A program made the translations under genes and the position numbers. A stretch of DNA of 63,447 bases, the filler included. It is 9 parts of 9 records of this genome, joined end to end, with 100 filler letters (N's around TTAATTAATTAA, not from the genome) between each part and the next. Parts side by side here need not be neighbours in the genome. Positions count along the whole stretch, not along the records: positions 1 to 7,155 come from SRR31147125_69296; positions 7,256 to 12,332 come from SRR31147125_69350; 7 more parts are not named here. One strand, 5' to 3'. Of the stretch, positions 1 to 10,200 are shown piece after piece. The notes under the pieces are model-generated. The model made no database searches. It was not told the origin of the DNA and saw only the letters and a list, made by a program, of their open reading frames with translations. How positions within the stretch are numbered: the stretch's first letter is position 1; every line of letters begins with the position of its first letter.

Positions 1-607
1 CAATTTCATACGGAAAATCAGTTTTCTGCCCACCACCCTGTCGGTTCTGGTGGTCGGATTCCTCTTTTCCATGATCTTCAATCCCGTCTGGGGTATTTTC
101 GACAAGATGATGGAGGGGGCCGGGCTGGGAGCCTTTATCCTCCCCTGGCTGGGAGATCCCCGGACCGCACTGCCCATTCTGGCTTCGGTGGTCAGCTGGC
201 AGTTCTTCGGAGAGTCCATCCTGTTCTATACGGCGGGTATGGATGCCATCGATACGGAGATCCTGGAAGCCTCCCGGATTGACGGGGCCAGTTTCCTGCA
301 GGAGATGTGGCATATCCTCATCCCCTCCCTGACACCGATTATGGGCGTGGTGACCATTCTGATCTTTATCGGAAACTTCACCCAGTTCGACATCGTTTAC
401 GCCATGGCCACCACCATGGGCAATCCGGCTTACAGTACCGATATTTTCGGATCTCTGTTCTACCGGTCCGCCTTCTCCTCACCTGAACGGGGCGGATGGG
501 GCATGGGCATGGGGGCCTCGGTGGCCACCATCATGTTCGTTTTCGTATTCATCGGCGTCAGTCTGTTCCTGACCTTCTTCAACAGGAGAAAGGAGAAGCT
601 GTCATGA
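1..607 (+). CDS. Carbohydrate ABC transporter permease (MalF/UgpA-like), 5'-truncated
   Basis: EAA loop (ILEASRIDGAS) and hydrophobic helices; the frame runs in from the window edge; its TGA overlaps the next ATG (ATGA at 604-607). Confidence 0.9.
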   Translation, partial: NFIRKISFLPTTLSVLVVGFLFSMIFNPVWGIFDKMMEGAGLGAFILPWLGDPRTALPILASVVSWQFFGESILFYTAGMDAIDTEILEASRIDGASFLQEMWHILIPSLTPIMGVVTILIFIGNFTQFDIVYAMATTMGNPAYSTDIFGSLFYRSAFSSPERGGWGMGMGASVATIMFVFVFIGVSLFLTFFNRRKEKLS

Positions 608-1434
608 AAATGAAAGACCGTGTAAAATCCATCCTTGCGACGCTGGTGATGGCCGTGTACTCACTGGTTATTCTGGTTCCAATTTTCCTGATGTTCATCA
701 CATCTCTGAAGAACAACCGGCAGATCTTCAATTCGCCCTTTGCGCTGCCTCATCCGGTCGATTTTTCAGGCTACGTGAAGCTGCTGACGGTCTCGAAATA
801 CAGCCTCTACTTCCGCAACAGCATCATCGTCACCCTGCTGTCCCTTCTGTTCGTGGTGGTTCTGGGTGCCCTGGCATCCTACGCTCTGGCCAAGTACCAG
901 TTCAAGGGAAACCGGTTCCTCTATGTCTACTTCATTTCAGGGCTGATCATCCCGATCCGGCTGGGGACCATCGGTATTCTGAAAACCATGATCAGCATCA
1001 AGCTCTTTGACAGCCTCTGGGCCCTGATTATCGTATTCGTTGCCATGGGGATTCCCCTGGCTGTGTTCATTCTGTTCGATTTTATCCGGATGATCCCCGA
1101 GGAACTGAGCAATTCCGCCCGGATCGACGGCGCTTCGGAGCATACGATCTTTCTGAAGATCATCATACCTCTGCTCCGACCGGCCCTGGCGGCGGTGGCC
1201 ATCGTCAATTTCATCCCCATCTGGAACGATTTCTGGTTTCCTCTGATCCTGATCCGGTCCAATGCGGCCAAGACGGTTCCTCTGGCCACGGCTCTGCTGT
1301 TCGGCCAGTTCGAAACCAATTTCGGTATGGTTTTCGCCGTTCTGTCCATGGCGTCCATCCCGGTTATGCTCTTCTATCTGGTGCTGTCCAAGCAGTTTGT
1401 GAAAGGGCTCTCTTCGGGAGCTTTGAAGGGATAG
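604..1434 (+). CDS. Carbohydrate ABC transporter permease (MalG/UgpE-like)
   Basis: Start taken at the ATG (604) overlapping the upstream stop; NSARIDGASE loop, WNDFWFPL, C-terminal GLSSGALKG. Confidence 0.92.
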   Translation: MKMKDRVKSILATLVMAVYSLVILVPIFLMFITSLKNNRQIFNSPFALPHPVDFSGYVKLLTVSKYSLYFRNSIIVTLLSLLFVVVLGALASYALAKYQFKGNRFLYVYFISGLIIPIRLGTIGILKTMISIKLFDSLWALIIVFVAMGIPLAVFILFDFIRMIPEELSNSARIDGASEHTIFLKIIIPLLRPALAAVAIVNFIPIWNDFWFPLILIRSNAAKTVPLATALLFGQFETNFGMVFAVLSMASIPVMLFYLVLSKQFVKGLSSGALKG

Positions 1435-1455
1435 TTCCTGTCCTGATTTTAAATT

Positions 1456-1494
1456 GCGGAAGTCCCGGTATTTTACGGGCTTCCGTTTTTTTTT
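1456..1494 (+). terminator. Rho-independent terminator
   Basis: GCGGAAGtCCCG..CGGGCTTCCGT stem followed by a T-run, 21 nt after the permease stop. Confidence 0.8.
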
Positions 1495-1510
1495 GCGTCG
1501 GCGGAGTCTG

Positions 1511-2005
1511 TTACAGAAACCGGGATACTGCCTTGATAATGAGGGGCATGAAGACCACCACACTGATCAGCCTGAGGGTGTGCATCAGGGCAACGATGTG
1601 CGCCTGGGCGCCGTAGGCGTCGGATATCAGGACGATGTTTGCCAGACCGCCGGGGGAGGAGCTGAACAGGGCGGTCATCAGGTCCATTCCCGTCACCTTT
1701 GAGATGATCAGACCAAGCAGAACACTGAAAATCATCAGCCCGACCACCATGATCACAGAGGCCAGAAGGACAGAACCCAGTCCCCGGATGGTACTCATAT
1801 TGAAGTTCAGGCCGATGGTGGCGCCGATCAGGATCTGCAGGACCGTGTTGGCCTGTTCCGGTACATAGCCCGCATCGGTTATCAGGTTATAGACTGCCGT
1901 GAAAACCATGGCCCCGAAGAGGGCGCCGGCGGGCAGTTTGAGTTTTATTCCCACCAGGCCGCCCAGGGCGCCCACCAGCAGGGTCGTGATGAATTTCGCA
2001 GTCAT
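1511..2005 (-). CDS. AbrB-family (membrane AbrB/AmoA-like) protein, single-repeat form
   Basis: LKLPAGALFGAM, QILIGATIG and SSSPGGLA..HTLRL motifs; GGAGG RBS upstream of the ATG at 2005. Confidence 0.8.
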   Translation of the reverse strand: MTAKFITTLLVGALGGLVGIKLKLPAGALFGAMVFTAVYNLITDAGYVPEQANTVLQILIGATIGLNFNMSTIRGLGSVLLASVIMVVGLMIFSVLLGLIISKVTGMDLMTALFSSSPGGLANIVLISDAYGAQAHIVALMHTLRLISVVVFMPLIIKAVSRFL

Positions 2006-2029
2006 GAGTTCCTCCATTCCGGATGCAAT

Positions 2030-2050
2030 TATTGTATATTGTATACAATA
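2030..2050. promoter_or_regulatory. Near-perfect palindrome TATTGTATAT-T-GTATACAATA, likely GntR-family operator
   Basis: 21-bp dyad 25 nt upstream of the AbrB-family start; the same TGTATA-N3-TATACA core recurs upstream of the GntR gene in contig 8. Confidence 0.5.
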
Positions 2051-2108
2051 TGGGTAGTTGTGTCGATGATTCAGGGGCACTGCGGGACGGATTGGGGCTT
2101 ATCTGCTG

Positions 2109-2150
2109 AAAAAAAGACCTCCGCTGCAGGCATGAGCCCGGCGGAGGTCT
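2109..2150 (-). terminator. Rho-independent terminator (minus strand)
   Basis: AGACCTCCGC...GCGGAGGTCT stem with an A-run on the left (U-tract on minus), downstream of the lipoprotein gene. Confidence 0.75.
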
Positions 2151-2176
2151 GAACGTATTCCTTCTTTTCAGGGGGA

Positions 2177-2560
2177 TCAGTTATATTTTACAACCGTTCC
2201 CGAGACATGGGCTGTCCCCGGGGCGTAGATTCCCAGAGTGAGGCCGTTGAGAAGGTAGTTGAAGAAGGAGCCTTTGTACTCAATCTCAATATTGACCGCT
2301 GCGTCTCCGGTATATTTCTGGATTTCCCTCTGGATGGAATCATAAATGACCGTATCCATCGCTTTTGAGGAAACATTGAAAAGGTTGGCGCCGCCGGAGG
2401 TTCCGAGGAACTCATTCACATTGATCGAGATATCAAACTCTCCGACTGTATCGTAGGAGGGAATCTCTCTTGTGACCTGTGTGCCCGACAACTGATAGGT
2501 TGTACAGGAGGCCAGGGCGACAACCGCCAGAACCATGATCATTTTTATTGCATATTTCAT
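2177..2560 (-). CDS. Small lipoprotein, function unknown
   Basis: MKYAIKMIMVLAVVALASC lipobox; GGAG RBS; NGLTLGIYAPGT motif reminiscent of Bor-like lipoproteins. Confidence 0.7.
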   Translation of the reverse strand: MKYAIKMIMVLAVVALASCTTYQLSGTQVTREIPSYDTVGEFDISINVNEFLGTSGGANLFNVSSKAMDTVIYDSIQREIQKYTGDAAVNIEIEYKGSFFNYLLNGLTLGIYAPGTAHVSGTVVKYN

Positions 2561-2683
2561 ATATTTCTCCATATAGTGAATAATATGAATCCTATAACGA
2601 TCGGCCTGATTCCTCAATAGGGGGATTAAAAATATGGAACAGCAGCCCCGGCCGGAGCTGCTGCGGGAAATACTGCGTCTGCC

Positions 2684-3529
2684 TTATCCCTTGATTCCTG
2701 TGGTGGCGATCCCTTTGACAAACTGCTTCTGAAAGATGACAAACAGCAGCAGCATCGGCCAGATGGCGATGGTGGCTCCCGCCATCATCTGGGGGTAGTC
2801 CGTAAAGAACTGCCCCTGCAGGTTGGCCAGTCCCGAGGAGAGGGTGAACTTGTCTGTGGCTGTATTGACAATCAGGGGCCACATGAGCTCTTTCCAGGCG
2901 AACAGGGAGGTGAAGATTCCCAGGGAAACCAGGGCATTCCCGCAGAGGGGCAGCATGATTTTCCAGTAGATTGTCAGGGGATTGCAGCCGTCGATGATGG
3001 CCGCCTCCTCCAGGTCTTTGGGGATACCCAGGAAGAACTGACGGAGCAGAAAAGTTCCGAAGGCGCTCACGAAACCCGGCAGGATGAGACCGGCAATCGA
3101 ATCCAGCCACCCGAGACGGACCGCTATCAGGTACTGGGGGATCAGAAAGATCTGGGGCGGCACCATCATCTGGATGAGAACCAGGGAGAACAACGCATTC
3201 CGTCCCGGGAAATCCAGGCGGGCAAATCCGTAGGCCGCCATGGAACTGAACAGCAGTACCGGAACCAGCCGGCCGGCGATCATGGCAACCGTATTGCGGA
3301 ACAGCAGGGAAAGGGGAAGAAGGCGCATGACTTCCCTGTAGTTACCCCACATGGCTTTTTCCGGAAGGAGCCGGGGCGGAATCTGAATCGATTCGGCCAT
3401 GGATTTGATGGATGTCAGAAACATCCATATAAAGGGGGCTACCATGGTCGCGGCGCCCAGTATGAGCAGGATATAGATGACTGTATGATTTTCCGATCCT
3501 GTTTTCCTTTTCATGATTCTAGTCTCCAT
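2684..3529 (-). CDS. Carbohydrate ABC transporter permease (MalG-like)
   Basis: LEEAAIIDGC loop, C-terminal GIATTGIKG; the start could also be the ATG at 3514. Confidence 0.92.
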   Translation of the reverse strand: METRIMKRKTGSENHTVIYILLILGAATMVAPFIWMFLTSIKSMAESIQIPPRLLPEKAMWGNYREVMRLLPLSLLFRNTVAMIAGRLVPVLLFSSMAAYGFARLDFPGRNALFSLVLIQMMVPPQIFLIPQYLIAVRLGWLDSIAGLILPGFVSAFGTFLLRQFFLGIPKDLEEAAIIDGCNPLTIYWKIMLPLCGNALVSLGIFTSLFAWKELMWPLIVNTATDKFTLSSGLANLQGQFFTDYPQMMAGATIAIWPMLLLFVIFQKQFVKGIATTGIKG

Positions 3530-4421
3530 AGTGAACCCACTTCTTCTGAAATCTGAACTGCATGACTGTTACAGCCAGGATGATCAGGAGCAGTCCCATA
3601 ATGACCGAGGAGGCATAGGCCTTGTCCATGGCTTCAAAACCCTGCTGATAGTAGTACCGGACCAGAGTCCGGGTGAAAGGGTAGGCCGGATTGGAATTAT
3701 TGACTTCGTACATCATATAAATCAGGTCGAACTGTTTGAGGCCGTTGATGACGCTGGTAATCATGACGAAGAAGATGGAGGGGGTCAGAAGGGGGAGGGT
3801 GATGGATATGTAGGTTCTGACCGGTGATGCCCCGTCAATCCGGGACGCTTCGTAATACATTTTCGGGATTCCCTGAAGACCCGCCAGGAGGAGAATGACG
3901 TTGTATCCCACGGACTGCCAGATGGCGATAACGGCTATGGAGGGCAGAGCCCAGGCCGGATCGGTGTTCCAGGCCGGACCCTGGATGGAAAAGGCCGCCA
4001 GCAGCTGATTGAGGATCCCGTAATCCGCGTTGTAAATCCACCGCCAGATCATGGCCACCGCCGCCGGGGCGGATACCACGGGGATGAAATAGAGGGTCCG
4101 GAAGAGTCCCCGGGCCCGGATGCCCGTGTTCAGAAACTGGGCCGTAATCAGGGAGATGACGACCCCTAGAGGGACCGTCAGGATTGTGAATAGAAGGGTG
4201 TTGTACATTGAACGCCAGAAGTCTGCATCCTTGATCAGACGGGCATAGTTGGCAAACCCCTGCCAGTCGAATTGTCCGAAATCCCCTGACCGGCACAGAC
4301 TGAGATAGAGGGTCTGAATCATGGGCCAGATGTTCAGGAGAACAAGACCGAGAATTGTGGGCAGTACCATGAAATAGCCCCATCCGACTGCGGTCAGACG
4401 GCGTTTCAAATTATTGTTCAT
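3519..4421 (-). CDS. Carbohydrate ABC transporter permease (MalF-like)
   Basis: YYEASRIDGAS loop, FRTLYFIP, C-terminal QKKWVHY. Confidence 0.92.
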   Translation of the reverse strand: MNNNLKRRLTAVGWGYFMVLPTILGLVLLNIWPMIQTLYLSLCRSGDFGQFDWQGFANYARLIKDADFWRSMYNTLLFTILTVPLGVVISLITAQFLNTGIRARGLFRTLYFIPVVSAPAAVAMIWRWIYNADYGILNQLLAAFSIQGPAWNTDPAWALPSIAVIAIWQSVGYNVILLLAGLQGIPKMYYEASRIDGASPVRTYISITLPLLTPSIFFVMITSVINGLKQFDLIYMMYEVNNSNPAYPFTRTLVRYYYQQGFEAMDKAYASSVIMGLLLIILAVTVMQFRFQKKWVHYGD

Positions 4422-4449
4422 GAGTATAAAATTCCTGTGAGAGAAAATA

Positions 4450-4470
4450 TCCCGGGAGGTCCTCCCGGGA
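4450..4470. terminator. Stem-loop between binding-protein and permease genes (mRNA stabiliser or attenuator)
   Basis: Perfect inverted repeat TCCCGGGAGG-T-CCTCCCGGGA. Confidence 0.55.
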
Positions 4471-4494
4471 ATTGATTAAAACATGCCGGCGGGC

Positions 4495-5754
4495 TTATTC
4501 AGCCGCCAGGACCTCGTTGACACGGGCCGCGATAGTCCGGCATCCCTCTTCAACTCCGATCTCGTCGTTCATGATTTTCACCATGGTTTCTTTTTCGAAC
4601 TGAAGATACTGGGGGGATTTTTTGCTGAAGGGATAGACGAATCCGTCTCCCAGCTGGTCTACATAGGCGGTAAGGTTCAGGTTGGGATTGTAGGCGATCC
4701 AGGGAGCCTGGGTATTCCGGTAGGCGGGGATGGCGGAGCCCTCTTCCGCGCTGATCAGCTGGGCTTCGTAGGTTCCGAGAAAACGGGCAAACCGCCAGGC
4801 GGCTTCCGGATTTTTCGTGTCGGCGGATACGGAATTGGCCAGACCGTTGTAGATGGTGGCCCGTCTTTTTCCCATGGGAAGGACCGCCAGATCGGCAATC
4901 TCCGAGGTGACTTCATTTTTGGAGAGCCACGATACGTTCCATGCCCCGGTGTTGTACATAGCCAGTTTTCCGGAAGAGAACATGACATTCGGTTTGGTAT
5001 CCGCCATCTGCTGAACCGTGGGAGATACCTTGTATTTGTGTATCAGATCGTAGAGGAACTGAACCGCTCCGATCGCTTCGGGGGTGTCGAATCCCGAACG
5101 GGTGCCGGTTTCGTCGATGATGGACCCGTTGTTCTGGAGAATGAAGTCGTAGTAGACTTCCTGGCGGTCCACTGCCGCGGCGTATCCGTAGATGCCCTGT
5201 TCTATGTCTGTCAGGAGCTGCGCTGTTTCCACCAGTTTGTTCCAGTCCCAGCTGGAATCGGGGTAAGCGATGCCGGCGGCGTCAAAGATATTTTTATTGT
5301 ACACCAGGGCGATGGTGTCGAAATCTTTGGGGATACCGTAATTCTTGCCGTTCATGCTGTACAGGGCGGTAATCCCTTCCGGATAGTTTGCAAAATCCAC
5401 TTCCGGATCCGCTGCGACCCGGTCGCCGATGGGCATCAGTTTTCCCGCATCCGCGTATTTGTGAAACCGGGTGACATGCATCCAGAAAACATCCGGCATG
5501 TTGCCGCCCAGGGTGGCCGCTTCGAGCTTGGTCCAGTAATCCCCCCAGTTTGAAACCTGGAGTTCTACGGTGATATCCGGATTCTCGGCCATGAATGCGT
5601 CGGCCATGGCCCTCATGCCGGGTTCCTGGTTTTTATCCCAGAAAGCATAGGTGATTGTTTTGTGCTCGTCGCCTGCCTTTTCCTGTTCTCCCGAGGCCCA
5701 GAGAGGGGTCGAGAGGATGAAAACTGTCAGAATAAGCAATGCCGTTTTTTTCAT
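4495..5754 (-). CDS. Sugar ABC transporter substrate-binding protein
   Basis: Spirochaete-type N-terminus MKKTALL...LWASGEQE; YGIPKDFDTIALVYNK and MFSSGKLAM motifs; AGGAG RBS. Confidence 0.9.
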   Translation of the reverse strand: MKKTALLILTVFILSTPLWASGEQEKAGDEHKTITYAFWDKNQEPGMRAMADAFMAENPDITVELQVSNWGDYWTKLEAATLGGNMPDVFWMHVTRFHKYADAGKLMPIGDRVAADPEVDFANYPEGITALYSMNGKNYGIPKDFDTIALVYNKNIFDAAGIAYPDSSWDWNKLVETAQLLTDIEQGIYGYAAAVDRQEVYYDFILQNNGSIIDETGTRSGFDTPEAIGAVQFLYDLIHKYKVSPTVQQMADTKPNVMFSSGKLAMYNTGAWNVSWLSKNEVTSEIADLAVLPMGKRRATIYNGLANSVSADTKNPEAAWRFARFLGTYEAQLISAEEGSAIPAYRNTQAPWIAYNPNLNLTAYVDQLGDGFVYPFSKKSPQYLQFEKETMVKIMNDEIGVEEGCRTIAARVNEVLAAE

Positions 5755-5843
5755 TGAACTGTTCTCCTTTTGATTTTGTACCAGTATAGGAGTGAACCTG
5801 CCGGCGGAGTAGATATGAATCTTTCTGAAAAGGTGCACTCTGA

Positions 5844-7155
5844 TCAGAGCCCTTCCGCTGTCTCCGGCACCGGGGTGCCGGATGTTCCGATTTGGTTCCT
5901 TCTGTTACGGTAATCCCGTGGACTCAGGCCGGTCTGGGTTTTGAACATCCGGCTGAAATATTTCTCATTTCGATCCCCGTCAGGGCGGCGATCTCGTAAA
6001 TCCTGAGTTCCGGGCGCGTATCCAGCAGTCTGCGGGCCCGCTCAATCCTGCGTGCGATCAGGAAATCGCTGAAGTTTTCTCCGGTTTTTTCCTTGAACCA
6101 GCTGCTGAAATAACTGCGGCTCAGGCCGGCATGTTCGGCGGCTTCTGTCAGGGATACCGGTTCGGCGATGTGCCCGTCGATGAATTTCAGAGTTCTGCCG
6201 ATCAGATCCATGGGCTGATCGTCCTTCCGGTCTTCCAGTCCCTGAAGAGCATCCAGAAACAGCTCTCTCAGATCATCCAGAGTGGAGAGCTGCCACAGGG
6301 AATCCAGAAAAAACTGATGGGGAGTGTCTCCGGATGTTTCCACCGCCAGCCGGGCATTCTGCTGGTTGAGGTATCCGACAAACCGGAGGGAGAAGTTTTT
6401 CAGAACACAGGGATCCTTTTCTTCTTCCAGGAGCCGGAAGACTCCGTTCATCAGCTCTTCCCGTTCCGTCTCCGGGGTCCCGTATGCCAGCAGCCGGCTG
6501 ATCTTTTCATGTATGCTCCTGTTCCGCTTTTTTCCCGGACTCCGGGAACCCGGTCCGGTCTGAAACAGTACGGTCCTGTCATGGTGGAAAAAGGAGTCCC
6601 AGAGAGTTTCCTCCAGTCTCCGGTAGCAGCCGTAGAGTTCCCGGCAGCCCTGCACGGTTTCTCCGATTCCTGTAAACACGGGGAGACCCAGGTAGGTGGA
6701 GAGGGAGTTCTTCAGTCGGCGTTCCAGAGCCGCCAGTTTTTCATCCCCGAGATCCTCCCTGTTCCCGTGAAAAAGGACGATCCAGTAGAGGCCCCTCGGA
6801 CCGGGATCGAAGAAGAGGGCCTTGTCCGGCGTCAGAATCCCCGAAGCCAGCTGGTAAAATTTTCAGTTTCTCTTCATTGCCGGCCGACGGGGATTTGATC
6901 TGGATGACCGCGGTCCGGAAAGACCGTTCCTTCCAGCGGGGGAGGGACTCTATACTGCGGAGACGGATCTCCCCGGAGGGTTCCAGCAGGATCTCCTTGA
7001 GTCGGTTCTGAATATGGCCGGGATCCCGGTCCTGCCCGGACAGCCGGGGACCCGCGGATACCTGCTTTCCCAGACCGCGGATGAAGGAGAGAAAGGACTC
7101 CCTGTTCAGATCCGATTTCAGGATATAGTCTGTCGCCCCGTTTCGGAGGGCTTCC
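5844..7155 (-). CDS. YesN-like response regulator (REC + AraC HTH), 5'-truncated, two frameshifts
   Basis: REC tail EALRNGATDYILK at the contig edge; AraC motifs LSRSYFSSWFKEKTG and, after a frame change at ~5969, NEKYFSRMFKTQTGLSPRDYR; second shift at AAAATTTT 6856-6863. Confidence 0.8.
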
Positions 7156-7255
7156 NNNNNNNNNNNNNNNNNNNNNNNNNNNNNNNNNNNNNNNNNNNNT
7201 TAATTAATTAANNNNNNNNNNNNNNNNNNNNNNNNNNNNNNNNNNNNNNNNNNNN
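7156..7255. other. Artificial contig linker
   Basis: N44-TTAATTAATTAA-N44, giving stops in all six frames. Confidence 0.99.
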
Positions 7256-7270
7256 ATTCCTCACTATTCC

Positions 7271-10200
7271 TCACTCCTCACGGAACTTGTTGAACTTGAA
7301 GTCTGTTCCGAAGATGTCGTCACTTCCCAGTGCATAGTCGTGGAAGGTTCCCTCAATGACACCCTCTCCTTGATGGCCCAGCGGCTTGGCGCGGACCGGA
7401 CGACGGGCTGTCACACCGAGCAGTCCATGGACGTTCACATTCATTGGTGTTTGCCCTGTCTTGGAATTCAGCGCAACATCCAAATGCCTAAAAGGAGAGA
7501 ATCCAACGTAAGAAGAACAAGGAATGGATGACAAAGAAGACGGGGAACGCACAGGTTCTCTGTGTCAAGAACCATCATACGAGAGACAATGAAGATCCAC
7601 TCGCCCACATGAGCCTCAAGCCTTTGACTGGTGAAGAATACGGTTGCTGGGGAGGATCGACACTTCAGTACGAATCCAAACCATCCTCTCCTCTCCCACC
7701 TTCATTCTGAAGATGGAAGACACCGCGGCCATCTGGTTCAACCCATGGATCGAACACAGCCTGGCCGGATGTGTCCAAGTACACCTTGTGTTTGCCGATG
7801 CGCATGCCCACCTGCATATACGCGTTATGATTCACAAAGCAGCGTGTGTAGATAGGTGGGAACACACCTCGCCAATGTATGTTGCTTCGGGATCTTCGGG
7901 AAACTGTACAAATCGTGCATTCACCTGCATGTCCGCAGCACTGAAAATATTAAACACCTGCATCCAGTATACGGGATGAGACGAGAAAGGAACGAGGGCG
8001 GTCCTGCTCCTTGCCGTACCCTTCCGGGTTCTCCCATGACATCGTATTCACCACCATAGAACGCCTTGAAGTGGGGATCTCCCTCAACACTACCGGGATC
8101 GGGATCAATCGTACAATCATTCTTACAACCGTCTGGTGATGGGGAGTCAGCAGGAATCGAATGAAGGGCAAACCGTGCCAAGACAAACCGAAATCATTGT
8201 CATTTCCATCATCACAATCTGAAGAGTGTGTCATTAACGTCTGATACAGTGAATGGTTCCGTGTCCACACGTACCCTCGCCGATCTGAGGCTCGAGAACA
8301 CCGTTTCCACAGACAGGTCGTGTGCAAGGAGGGCCACACGTGAGAGGTGGAGGACGTGTGCAAATCGTTCCGTAGCACTGTAGTGTTGGTGTGTGAGTGT
8401 GCGTGTGAGTGAGAACAGGGAGTCACGCACCATGGTGCTTCCTGTTTCCCCGTCATCGCATTCCTCTCCATCTTCCTTAACCCCATTTCCGCATACAGGA
8501 TCGTTTGGATCCGGGGGCAGTTGGCATGTGTCCGAGCATCCCACTTCCCCTCCTTGACTCTCCGGCGGGTCACATTCTTCGTTAACATCAATATATCCAT
8601 CTCCACAAACCCCAAGCAGACATGTAACATCATTACACTAGTGCACGAATTAGACATGAAAAACGAAAACAATCAGGCCTCGTACCAAGACATTCACAGG
8701 GGGTGCCAGAGGATCACATTCTTCGCCACAGCCAGTAGAGATAATACCATCGCCACAGATAGGCACGGTACACATACTGGTACACTACACACCAGATGAG
8801 AAGATGAAGAAAGGATGAAGAAAGACAAAAGAAAGACATACGGTGCAGTCATTGTCGTCGTCAAGATTTCCATCATCACACTCTGTATCTCTCACGTCAC
8901 CAAAGGAAACAAAAGAAACAAAAGAAACAAAGGAAAAACAACCGTACCCTCTGGTGGTTCCACAATTCCATTTCCACACACGGGCGGACTTGGGACCGTA
9001 GAGGGCGATGGTTCGGGTCCGTCACAACAGTACGTTCCCCAGTGGATGCATCCTACATCCGTGTTACAAAATCGAACACAACCAACAAACTCTGCTACGC
9101 ACCTCCCTTGGAGCGACCGCGAGGGGTAATGCACCTCTTCGAACTGCCCGAACCACCACACCAGCACTTCTCTCCTTTCTCGTGAACCCACGCCGTCTCG
9201 TGAGAGATACACGTTCCTCCGTGACTTCCTCCACAGCGTTCCGAAATACGCGAGCCATAGCCACCACAACCACACGGTTGCTCGATGATGAGATCCAGGT
9301 GAATGTAGATCCAGATGCAATGCTGAACACATCGTTAGATCTCATTTCAAGTAGTTCAAACGAAGACACGCACATCACAGAAGGAAGGTGGAATTTCAAT
9401 GGTAAATTCGTGATCAGGACCCGAGGGAGCGCCTCCACTGCATCCACCCTTGCGCTGGTGTCCACGGCATTTTGCAATGGAAAAGGAGGAAACGGTAGGT
9501 TCACCCGACCTCGGACTTCCGTTCTCCCCCAGACCAAAGTATGGGCTGGTAGGATCCAGATCCAGATGGTAGTTGTCGCTGCAGGATACATGGAAGGGAT
9601 CGGTGAACCCAGGGAGGGCGCCTTGATTCGTTCCGGGATTGCCATTGTAGACACCATCCGATCCAGCTGCATTGTTCCCGGTGATGATGGTCCCGTCACT
9701 GAAGGTGAAGACCCACGACTTGTAACGACCAGAGGAAACGGGGCATCCCGCCGCCATGGTGCTGTCCTCACCATCGGATGCTTCTGGGGGACACGAACCA
9801 CACGACCCACGACGACGACCATCCGAGCATTTCTGGATGGCAAAGGCCACGATGGGTTCATCCACTGCTTGGTCGCATGACGGAGGGTTGGGACAGTTAG
9901 GGGCACCCGAACTTTTCTCACTAAATCCAAAGCGGGGGCTGCTTGACTGGTGATCCATGTTGAAATCATCACTACACGACACGTGTGTAGTCAATCCGCT
10001 GTTGGAAGGGATGTTGGCCTCATTCGACTGTCCCGTGTAATAGGGACTGGACGGATCGATATTGTTGCCCATGACCTCGGTGCCGTCGGCATATTTGAAG
10101 TAGAAGAACGATCCGGACCCCTCGGGTGGGCACGGGCCCAGAAGTTGTGCCGTGACACAACCAAATCGGCCAGGTGGGGGAGCTCGGTTGGGACAGTGCT

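Noticed and set aside
4483-6898. Long plus-strand ORFs 4483-5553 and 6131-6898 (and similar antisense ORFs such as 40242-41228 and 41879-42721)
   Set aside because: Antisense shadows of well-supported genes with biased codon usage.
7200-7211. TTAATTAATTAA recurring eight times as a possible repeat or array
   Set aside because: Always centred in N-runs of fixed length; it is an artificial six-frame-stop linker.
8905-8938. GAAACAAAA x3 micro-repeat, and ATTCCTCACT x2 at 7256-7275
   Set aside because: A pyrimidine-rich intron tract and a contig-end duplication; too short, with no spacers.
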